From: an uncultured Treponema sp.
Lineage (GTDB): Bacteria > Spirochaetota > Spirochaetia > Treponematales > Treponemataceae
Assembly: GCA_946410085.1 (NCBI GenBank)
Contig: CAMJZA010000001.1
Span: 26,797 to 90,796, forward strand
Reading direction: 5' to 3'
Length of the DNA stretch: 64,000 nt
Below, piece by piece: positions 34,324 to 41,880 of the stretch (within the stretch, counting starts at the first letter, position 1; the number at the start of each line of letters is the position of its first letter). The notes below the pieces were generated by a model that ran no database searches, was not told where the DNA came from, and saw nothing but the letters and a program-made list of their open reading frames with translations. The translations under genes were made by a program, and so were the position numbers.

Positions 34324-34551
34324 ATGAGCGATGTGACCTTTAATGCTATGCTCAATGAAGTGGATTCATTTTCTTACAATCAAGTTGTGGCTTTGCTGTC
34401 ACGGCTGATACAGGTCTTGCAGTCATGGACTCCGCGTGACAGGAGTGACGATTTATTCTATTCGCCGAGTAACGTGGCGCACATTGAGCGAGGAATAAAA
34501 GCTTTGCGCGATGGAAAAGGCGAGGAGCATGAGCTTATCGAGGTGGATTGA
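34324..34551 (+). CDS. Type II antitoxin paired with YoeB
   Basis: 75 aa. Overlaps the toxin gene by 4 nt. GGAGG Shine-Dalgarno. Low G+C. Confidence 0.7.
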   Translation: MSDVTFNAMLNEVDSFSYNQVVALLSRLIQVLQSWTPRDRSDDLFYSPSNVAHIERGIKALRDGKGEEHELIEVD

Positions 34552-34811
34552 TGAGGAAAATCTGGTTTGATGAAGCGTGGTCAGACTATCTTTATTGGCA
34601 AAGCCAAGACAAAAAGACCTTGAAAAGGATAAATGCGCTGATTCAAGACATAGAGAGCAATGGGCCCGACAAAGGAATAGGTAAGCCTGAGCCATTGAAA
34701 GAGAACCTCAGTGGATTTTGGAGCCGCCGGATTGACGAAGTGAATCGCCTTGTGTATTGTGTAGAAAAAGGCTTCCTGCAGATAGTTTCTTGTCGTGGTC
34801 ATTACAATTAG
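34548..34811 (+). CDS. yoeB: Txe/YoeB-family toxin
   Basis: MRKIWFDEAWSDYLYWQSQDKKTLKRINALIQDI...GIGKPEPLKENLSGFWSRRIDEVNRLVY...CRGHY is a near-textbook YoeB pattern. Confidence 0.9.
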   Translation: MMRKIWFDEAWSDYLYWQSQDKKTLKRINALIQDIESNGPDKGIGKPEPLKENLSGFWSRRIDEVNRLVYCVEKGFLQIVSCRGHYN

Positions 34812-34822
34812 AGCTTAGATAT

Positions 34823-36784
34823 ATGACAGAAAGTTTTTTTACGAATACGACGGAAACCGACCCGCAGGTGCTCATAGATACCTTCTTTAAGACCTTTCCC
34901 GACCAGTATGAAGGGGAAGCGGGGGAAACGGTACGGACGGCCTGGGACTACCTCATTTCGAAAACCGGAAAGCTCAGGCGCAAATGCGGCCTGCCCTATT
35001 ACCTGCACCCCATGCGGGTCGCCTGCGTGCTTGCAAAGAGCCGCCTGGACACGGATACGGTCGTGGCGGGCTTCCTGCACAACATCCTTGACGTGGACGC
35101 GGACTGCCTGGGCGAGATAGCATCGAAGTTCGGCAGGAGCGTCGCAGACATCTGTGCGGGAACGGCGAAAATCACCGGGCTCAGGATACAGAGCAAGACG
35201 ATGCAGGAAGCGGACAGCATCCGCAAGATGCTCTTTGCGATGATAGACGACATACGGATCATCTTCGTGAAGCTTGCCGACCGCCTGGACCGGATGCGGA
35301 ACCTGCGCATGGTGAGCCCCGACGCCCAGCGGGAAGTCGCCCGGGAGGTCATTGACATCTGGGCGCCGCTCGCCGGCAGGCTGGGTATGAACGACGTGAA
35401 GAACGAGATGGAGGACCTGAGCCTCAAGTATACCAATCCCGACGCATTCCAGCAGATAAAGGCCCTCGTTGCCCAGAAGAAGGATGAGCGGGACAGCTAC
35501 CTGCAGGGGGCGGTGAAGAAGATTTACACGGCGAGCGAAAAGGCGGGCTTTAGCATTTCCATTACGAGCCGGGCGAAGCATTTCTATTCGATATACCAGA
35601 AGATGCGCAGGCGCAACAAGGAGGCGGGGGAACTGTACGACCTGCTTGCCCTCCGCATCATCTGCCAGACCGTCAGCGAATGCTATACGCTCGTCGGCAT
35701 CGTGCACGGTCTGTGGAAGCCCCTTGACGGCCGCTTCAAGGACTACATCGCCATGCCCAAGTCCAACGGCTACCAGTCGCTCCATACGACGGTCCTCTGT
35801 GAGGGCAAGCCGCTGGAAATTCAGATACGCACGCAGGAAATGCACAATGTTGCCGAGCACGGCGTTGCCTCCCACTGGCTGTACAAGAAGGGAACGAACC
35901 ATGACCTGGTGAAGGCGGAGGACCTGAGCATCATCAACCAGCTCAAGGAACTGCGCGACGAGCAGCTTTCCGCACAGGGCGGCGCTCAGGGCGCTGCCGG
36001 CAGCCCGGACGACGGGCATTTCTTTGAAAAGCTGCGGGGCGAGCTGCTGGGGGATTCCATCTATGTCTTTACGCCGAAGGGCGACGTGAAGGAACTGCCT
36101 GCGGGCAGCAATGCGATAGACTTTGCCTACGCGATTCATACGGCGGTAGGCGAGAAGGTCATCGGCGCAAAGGCGGACGGCAGGATCATCCCCCTTACGG
36201 CACCTCTGCAGAACACGCAGATCGTGGAAGTGCTGACCAGCCCGCAGGCGCACCCGACCCAGGGGCAGCTCAAGGCGGTCAAGACCGGCAAGGCGCACCA
36301 GAAGATCCACGCATGGCTGGTTGCCAACGACCCGACCTTCATTGACCGGGAGGCGGAGGCAAAGAAGCAGGCGGAAGTTGCGGCGAATACCGAGTATTCC
36401 CGGAAGATGGCGCAGAAGCACCAGCTGCACCGGCCGCAGGACGGCAGGAAGCATGCGAAGAAGGCCGCCGGCGATGACGGGGAAAACTATACCGGCCGCA
36501 TCAGGATAGACAATACGACGAACTTCTTCATCACGATTGCCAGGTGCTGTTCGCCCCGGCCGGGCGATCCCATTTCCGGCTACGTGAGCCGCAAGCGGGG
36601 CATTACCGTGCACCGGGCGGACTGCCTGACCTTCCTGCGCATTCCCGACCTGGAGCACCGGCAGGTGACGGTGGAGTGGGACACCCGGCCTGCGGCGGAC
36701 CTGCCGGACGAGAAGGAGCTGCGGCGGCGGGAAAAGGCAAAGGAGAAGTCCATCGCCGTCACGAAGTTCAGGAAACAGCGCTAG
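34823..36784 (+). CDS. RelA/SpoT homologue, bifunctional (p)ppGpp synthetase/hydrolase
   Basis: HD hydrolase motif YYLHPMRVACVL..GFLHNILD. Synthetase region YQSLHTTV. TGS region IYVFTPKGDVKELPAGSNAIDFAYAIH. Cys-rich CCSPRPGDPISGYVS. I start at ATG 34823 because the longer ORF overlaps yoeB. Confidence 0.9.
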   Translation: MTESFFTNTTETDPQVLIDTFFKTFPDQYEGEAGETVRTAWDYLISKTGKLRRKCGLPYYLHPMRVACVLAKSRLDTDTVVAGFLHNILDVDADCLGEIASKFGRSVADICAGTAKITGLRIQSKTMQEADSIRKMLFAMIDDIRIIFVKLADRLDRMRNLRMVSPDAQREVAREVIDIWAPLAGRLGMNDVKNEMEDLSLKYTNPDAFQQIKALVAQKKDERDSYLQGAVKKIYTASEKAGFSISITSRAKHFYSIYQKMRRRNKEAGELYDLLALRIICQTVSECYTLVGIVHGLWKPLDGRFKDYIAMPKSNGYQSLHTTVLCEGKPLEIQIRTQEMHNVAEHGVASHWLYKKGTNHDLVKAEDLSIINQLKELRDEQLSAQGGAQGAAGSPDDGHFFEKLRGELLGDSIYVFTPKGDVKELPAGSNAIDFAYAIHTAVGEKVIGAKADGRIIPLTAPLQNTQIVEVLTSPQAHPTQGQLKAVKTGKAHQKIHAWLVANDPTFIDREAEAKKQAEVAANTEYSRKMAQKHQLHRPQDGRKHAKKAAGDDGENYTGRIRIDNTTNFFITIARCCSPRPGDPISGYVSRKRGITVHRADCLTFLRIPDLEHRQVTVEWDTRPAADLPDEKELRRREKAKEKSIAVTKFRKQR

Positions 36785-36797
36785 GAGCCGGAGCGGA

Positions 36798-36806
36798 GGG
36801 GGGGGG
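36798..36806. repeat. G9 homopolymer between two copies of CAGCGCTAGG(A/C)GCCGGAGCG
   Basis: Read directly from the sequence, 14 nt after the RSH stop codon. Confidence 0.9.
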
Positions 36807-37016
36807 CAGCGCTAGGCGCCGGAGCGTGACGGACGGGGCAGAGGGCGGATGGGGCAGGGGTGACCCGGACGCCGCGCGGTGGTGACAGGGCTACGGGAGG
36901 TTGAGTTTGCGGAACGGCTGGAGGGCTGCGGAGAAAACACAAAAAAATGCATTTTTTTGTGTTACCTTCGGAATCCTGCTTTGTTAGTAAAAACCGCATT
37001 TTTTTTTCGAAAAAGC

Positions 37017-37045
37017 TTGACATTGTTCCGAGAATGAAGTAGAGT
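37017..37045 (+). promoter_or_regulatory. Strong sigma70-type promoter of the OMP gene
   Basis: TTGACA, 17 nt, TAGAGT. Preceded by an A/T-rich UP-like tract. AAAAAGGAG Shine-Dalgarno before ATG 37087. Confidence 0.6.
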
Positions 37046-37086
37046 TGATTTTAGTTGGCCTGTAAGGGTCAAAAAAGGAGTTTTAT

Positions 37087-38640
37087 ATGAAGATTACAAA
37101 GTTTGCGGCACTTGCCGGTGTCGCGCTCTTGGCAGGAGTTGGAGCCTTTGCTCAGGCTACCGACGACTACAACCTGCCTCAGGGATTCAAGTTCAGCAAT
37201 GAGATCGGTTCTGATGTTGTCAAGGTGACTGGAAACTCTCACAAGGACTACACCGATACGGACTGGCGCTCAGAGTTTGCTGGAATCTATGACAAGATCG
37301 TTATCGGATTTGACAGCGAGAAGGTTGCTTTCTCCCTCGAGCCCAAGTTCGGTATCCGCGATGTAAACGAGAATTACTATGACGGTGACGGAACTGCTTC
37401 CGGATACTATCAGAAGTTCTATGGACACGGTGTTGGATTCAGCGGCGCTAACACGAACGCTTCTGTTAAGGGAATTGGAAATGCTGACGCTCACGGAACG
37501 CTGAACTCAGACGACCTCGCCTGGAACTTCTGGGCAGTCGACTGGGACTTCCGCTTCACTCCGTTTGATATCGTTGACTTCCTGCTGAACAAAAGCGATC
37601 ATATCGTTGGTTCTAAGCTCTTTGCCCGCGACGCCAACTGGGGTGCAAGCGACCTCGGATCTGACGGATTTGCAATCATCACGAAGCCGATCGCCGGTCT
37701 CCGCATCAGCGGTGCCATCCCCTTCGGATACAGCATCTCTTCTTCACCCAACTACATGAATGCTGAGATTGAGGACTACTGGATCCCCGGCGATGCTGGA
37801 GATACCCGTGCCCGTGCTGACATCCAGGGTGCCAACCGCTTCCGCGTTGACGTCGGTGCTGACTACACGCTGTCCAGCGGTCTCGTTGGAGCTGGTGTGA
37901 AGGTTCAGGACATCATCAATGCCGGATACCGCCAGTACGGTGTCTACGCTGGTGTGAACCTCGGTGCTATTTCTGCTAACCTCGGCTACAACTATGCTGA
38001 GAACTACGTTGACTTCCTTGATGCGTTCGATAACGGACTTATCAAGATCCGCGGTAAGCAGGCAATTGCAGGATCTGCTTCATTCGTCGCCGGTGACCTG
38101 AAGGTTATGGCTGATGCAATGTACAATTTGAAGAAGCAGCAGTCTATCTATGACTTGTATGCCGGTGCTAAGGTTGCCTATGATCTGGTTCCCGGAAAGT
38201 TCAATGCTGACCTGCTCTTGGGCGTTGCTATGGATATGGGCACCAATGCTCACCACGGAACGGAAGAGGATGACAAGGACCTGCAGGCTGCTATGGGCAG
38301 CATCAACGCGAACTTCATCGACCTGTACTACTCACACGTCGCTCTTGAGGATATCCGCGCTGCTGTCGGCTACAAGAAGGATGGAACGGAAGTCTGGAAC
38401 GACGGTGTTGCCGCCAGCCAGAACTGGCAGTACTACACCGCTCTTGCCCGTACGATGAGCAACGGCAACCTGGATACGACTTCAGCTGCTAAGGCTGCTC
38501 TCGCACTCCGCATCAAGCCGGGATTCACCTACACCACGGGTAAGAACGAGTTCGGTGCTCACGTCGATGTCACCAACTTCTTCGACAAGGACGGATCTTA
38601 TCAGATCAAGTTCCCGGTCTACTGGAAGTGGACGTTCTAG
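37087..38640 (+). CDS. Abundant outer-membrane beta-barrel protein (possibly Msp/major-sheath-protein-like porin)
   Basis: Signal peptide MKITKFAALAGVALLAGVGAFAQ. Alternating amphipathic strands. C-terminal ...YWKWTF aromatic signature. Markedly different, biased codon usage. Flanked by a strong promoter and terminator. Confidence 0.7.
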   Translation: MKITKFAALAGVALLAGVGAFAQATDDYNLPQGFKFSNEIGSDVVKVTGNSHKDYTDTDWRSEFAGIYDKIVIGFDSEKVAFSLEPKFGIRDVNENYYDGDGTASGYYQKFYGHGVGFSGANTNASVKGIGNADAHGTLNSDDLAWNFWAVDWDFRFTPFDIVDFLLNKSDHIVGSKLFARDANWGASDLGSDGFAIITKPIAGLRISGAIPFGYSISSSPNYMNAEIEDYWIPGDAGDTRARADIQGANRFRVDVGADYTLSSGLVGAGVKVQDIINAGYRQYGVYAGVNLGAISANLGYNYAENYVDFLDAFDNGLIKIRGKQAIAGSASFVAGDLKVMADAMYNLKKQQSIYDLYAGAKVAYDLVPGKFNADLLLGVAMDMGTNAHHGTEEDDKDLQAAMGSINANFIDLYYSHVALEDIRAAVGYKKDGTEVWNDGVAASQNWQYYTALARTMSNGNLDTTSAAKAALALRIKPGFTYTTGKNEFGAHVDVTNFFDKDGSYQIKFPVYWKWTF

Positions 38641-38670
38641 ATTTAGCCTAGCGGCTTAAACTAGATTGAC

Positions 38671-38707
38671 AAAAGGCGGCTGTCCGTAAGGATGGCCGCC
38701 TTTTTTT
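38671..38707 (+). terminator. Intrinsic terminator after the OMP gene
   Basis: AAAAGGCGGC...GCCGCCTTTTTTT. Confidence 0.8.
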
Positions 38708-38781
38708 GTGCTTGCGCTCAGATTGCGTTCGGATAGCCGGGTAGAAATGCGGGCGTATCATTGCGCGGCAAAAGGGGTTGT

Positions 38782-38810
38782 TTGACAAAAGCAGCCGGGA
38801 GCGCTACAAT
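38782..38810 (+). promoter_or_regulatory. Near-consensus promoter of the orphan antitoxin
   Basis: TTGACA, 17 nt, TACAAT. AAAAGGAGG Shine-Dalgarno before ATG 38837. Confidence 0.6.
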
Positions 38811-38836
38811 TACGTAACTGCAAAAGGAGGTATGAT

Positions 38837-39052
38837 ATGGGCCTTACGGCAACCGCAACCTTTAAGACAACGCCTGAGCTGAAAAACAGGATGGCTTTTC
38901 TTGCAAAGGAAACGCACCGTCCGACGAGTTTTTATTATAACCTCCTTCTTGAGGATTATCTGGAGGATTTGGAGGACATCTACCTGTCCGAAAAAATTCT
39001 CGCAGATATCAGAAGCGGAAAGGAAAAAACTATTCCTGCCGAAGAAGTGTAG
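38837..39052 (+). CDS. Ribbon-helix-helix antitoxin-like protein (RelB/ParD/CopG type) with no adjacent toxin
   Basis: ATFKTTPELKNRMAFLAKETHRPTSFYYNLLLEDYLEDLEDIYL shows an RHH strand-helix-helix pattern. 71 aa. Confidence 0.65.
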   Translation: MGLTATATFKTTPELKNRMAFLAKETHRPTSFYYNLLLEDYLEDLEDIYLSEKILADIRSGKEKTIPAEEV

Positions 39053-39094
39053 AGGGAACTTGGCAACAGAAAAGAGGTTTACAGGTAGTATACG

Positions 39095-39126
39095 AAAAAG
39101 CCCGCCGGTTGCCGGCGGGCTTTATT
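39095..39126. terminator. Bidirectional intrinsic terminator between convergent genes
   Basis: AAAAA-GCCCGCCGG-ttg-CCGGCGGGC-TTTATT. Confidence 0.8.
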
Positions 39127-39163
39127 GCGCCTGGGTACTGCTCGATCTATCCGGTCATTCCGG

Positions 39164-41125
39164 TTATCCCGACGGCAGGTTTTTCAGCAACTTGACGATG
39201 TACAGCTCTATGTAGCGGCACAGGGCCGGATGGTTCTTTATCTTCATCAGCGACGGCGTTTCTTCAAGCGATTTTGCCAGGCTCTGAATCCGTTCGAGCG
39301 AAACGTTGTCGTTCTTGAAGGTCCGCAGGGTCTTCCGCACATAGTCGCGGATGAGGCTGTTGATGTCTTCCCGCAGGTTTTCGAAGGCATCCTTGTCGAG
39401 CCGGTCGTTCCACTCGGACAGGTAGCCTTCCAGTTCGCGGTCAAGCGTACTGTTTTCGGGAACGATCTCGTTCTCGACGTTTGCCGCTTCGCTTCTGATT
39501 GCCTTGGCACGGGACAGGGAGTTTGCCTTTTCGTTCGCGTTCAGGTTCTGCAGTTTTGCCTCGGACTTCTGCTTGTCTTCGGTCAGCATCTTTTCCGCAA
39601 CGGTTTCGTAGCTCTTCTTCTTGTTCTTTTTCAGCTTGCGTGTCTTGAAGAAGGAAATGAGCCAGGAAATGCCGGGCAGCGTGTAGTAGAAGGGGAGCTT
39701 CATCTTCGCATTGGAATAGATTTCCTGCCTGCTTATGAGCAGCAGTTCGCTGTAGGAAACAAGCTCCCCGTTCCTGAACAGGGTCAGGCGGCCGGGCGTA
39801 CTGTCTTCGTAGGCGATGACGGGCAGGAAGTGCGCATGCAGGATTGCGTACAGGATGGGATCGGCAGCGGCAAGCTCCCGCTCAAGGCAGCCTTCAAAGG
39901 CGAGCTGGTCCTTCATTTCCGGCAGGGTTTCGAAGCGCTTGAGCGAGAGGTACCATTCCCTGCTCAGGCCTTCGCGTACGACGGTGCGGGCGTCGTTGCA
40001 CAGGCGCAGGACGACCGGCATGACCTTTTCCTTGAGGATGAAGAAGCCCGAGCCGTCGTCCAGCTTGAAGAGCAGCAGGGGCGGCAGGCTGGTACCGCTT
40101 CCCGGGGTATGCAGTTCCTTGATGTGTTCGTTGAGTTCGTCCTTGCTGTATTCGCCCAGAAGCAGCTTGCCCCGCGAGTCCTTCATTCCCTCGATGTCCG
40201 CCTTGTTGAAGTAGTAGGGCGGTGAGGCGAGCTTCTTGTCAAATTCAGCAAAGGCAGCTTCCTTTGCCGTCTTTTCGGCGGTCTTTGCCTTGTAGTAGGC
40301 CGTCGTCGTTTCGACGATGAAGATGGACTGGAGGATGTTGATGTCTTCGGTCGTCAGGTCCTTGAGCTTGTTGTAGTCCTGACGGATGAAGTAGCACATC
40401 TGGCTCCAGGAGTAGAAGTTGTCGCCGTTGACCTTGAGTGCGTCCATCGCATCTTCCGGGCGGGCAACGAAGAGCTGGAAGAAGTTCTTGATGGACAGTT
40501 CCTTTCCCGGATTTGCGTTCGTCAGCTTCTTGAGGAAGTAGTCGTGCGATTCTTCCTTGCGGAGCAGGTCCTGCAGTTTCTTGAGCGCAAGCTTGATGAG
40601 CATGCTGACGGGAACCGACGAGGGGAAGAGGAGGTCGGGCGTTCCCTTGCCGAAGTCGAGTGCGAAAAGGGTGCGCTCGGCCGGCATCTTGCCGTCCAGG
40701 AAGTTCATGATCTGCTCCCCGCCCGGAATCTTCGTAACGATGTTCGTGGGAACGTTCTTGGGAATGTCGTTCATGTTGGGGAAGGGGATGGAAATATTGA
40801 CGTCTATGTCCTTATAGCGGTCATTGTACTGGTCTATGAAGGAAGATATGACGAAAATCGTCTGCGTTCCCTGACTCTTGCTCGTCAGTACGACCTGCCG
40901 GGAACTTGACAGTTTCTTGAGGTCGCCTTCCAGTGCCTCGTCCGTACTGCCGAGGTATGCCTGCAATCCTGCGTTTTCGTTGATGTGGTGCTGCGCATAC
41001 GAGCGGACGTAGTCGGCGAATTCACTGAAGTCAATGACCGCACTCCGCTGCTTGGTGGAAAAGCCTTTCAACAAGGTAAAAATGTTCGACGTTACTTCTG
41101 TATTTTCAGCCATAAAAAAACCCAT
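39164..41125 (-). CDS. Large cytoplasmic protein of unknown function
   Basis: About 650 aa. Protein-like composition with a Lys-rich coiled-coil stretch (KTRKLKKNKKKSYETVAEKMLTEDKQKSEAKLQ). No motif I can assign. The start could be 41113 (MAENTEV). Confidence 0.6.
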   Translation of the reverse strand: MGFFMAENTEVTSNIFTLLKGFSTKQRSAVIDFSEFADYVRSYAQHHINENAGLQAYLGSTDEALEGDLKKLSSSRQVVLTSKSQGTQTIFVISSFIDQYNDRYKDIDVNISIPFPNMNDIPKNVPTNIVTKIPGGEQIMNFLDGKMPAERTLFALDFGKGTPDLLFPSSVPVSMLIKLALKKLQDLLRKEESHDYFLKKLTNANPGKELSIKNFFQLFVARPEDAMDALKVNGDNFYSWSQMCYFIRQDYNKLKDLTTEDINILQSIFIVETTTAYYKAKTAEKTAKEAAFAEFDKKLASPPYYFNKADIEGMKDSRGKLLLGEYSKDELNEHIKELHTPGSGTSLPPLLLFKLDDGSGFFILKEKVMPVVLRLCNDARTVVREGLSREWYLSLKRFETLPEMKDQLAFEGCLERELAAADPILYAILHAHFLPVIAYEDSTPGRLTLFRNGELVSYSELLLISRQEIYSNAKMKLPFYYTLPGISWLISFFKTRKLKKNKKKSYETVAEKMLTEDKQKSEAKLQNLNANEKANSLSRAKAIRSEAANVENEIVPENSTLDRELEGYLSEWNDRLDKDAFENLREDINSLIRDYVRKTLRTFKNDNVSLERIQSLAKSLEETPSLMKIKNHPALCRYIELYIVKLLKNLPSG

Positions 41126-41215
41126 TATCCAGTATATTATATATTATCGGCATGAACAAGGGGACAACTGAGCAAATGGATGAATACGAATGAATTATGG
41201 ATGAAAATGCCAGTC

Positions 41216-41244
41216 TTGACCGAATCTGCCGGTGCCGATATAAT
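41216..41244 (+). promoter_or_regulatory. Consensus promoter abutting a lipoprotein start codon (leaderless)
   Basis: TTGACC, 17 nt, TATAAT, then 6 nt to ATG 41251. Confidence 0.6.
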
Positions 41245-41250
41245 AAAGCA

Positions 41251-41748
41251 ATGAAACGCGTTTTTAAAATAGTTCTTTGCAGTGTCCTCTTCCTGACCAT
41301 GCTGTCAGCCGGGATTTCATGTTCCCATTCCGGGTCTGACGACGGTGCCGGTGGCGGTGCGCCGGATATCGCCGGTGCCGTCCTGCTTTCCGAGTGGAGC
41401 GCGACCCGTTCGTATACGCAGGGCAGCAGTACCTATCATGAGGAATATTACTATTATCTGTACAGCAACAACACGTTCACCTACCGGATTGTGGCACAGG
41501 TAGATTCTGACAGCGCAACGCAGGCCATGTATTATGGCCGCTGGGAGCTGTATGCCGGCAATCAGAACCATACCTACCACTTTTCATACGATATAGCAAA
41601 GAATACGACGGTTCATACCTGGGGCGACCTTGACATTACCGGTACGGTGATGAACGTTTATGCAACTGAAAACAGGGTTGCGACGGACGTATACGGAACG
41701 ATCTACAGCACGCAGTTCCCCGCCGTCGACGCATCGTTTACCAGATAA
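41251..41748 (+). CDS. Lipoprotein of unknown function
   Basis: MKRVFKIVLCSVLFLTMLSAGISCSH carries the lipobox. 165 aa. Confidence 0.7.
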   Translation: MKRVFKIVLCSVLFLTMLSAGISCSHSGSDDGAGGGAPDIAGAVLLSEWSATRSYTQGSSTYHEEYYYYLYSNNTFTYRIVAQVDSDSATQAMYYGRWELYAGNQNHTYHFSYDIAKNTTVHTWGDLDITGTVMNVYATENRVATDVYGTIYSTQFPAVDASFTR

Positions 41749-41880
41749 AACCCGACATCGCCCGCAGCGGGACGGGCGGATGTGTAGCGCGGGTCGCGTG
41801 TCCGGGGAGGCCCTGCAGCGGGTGCATGGAGCGTCTGCCTGGTGAGATCCTGCGGCGGGTTGCCTGCCCCCTGCTTCTCC

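Noticed and set aside
39053-39163. A RelE/ParE toxin gene expected downstream of the RHH antitoxin.
   Set aside because: Only 43 nt separate the antitoxin stop from a strong bidirectional terminator, and no toxin-like frame is present.
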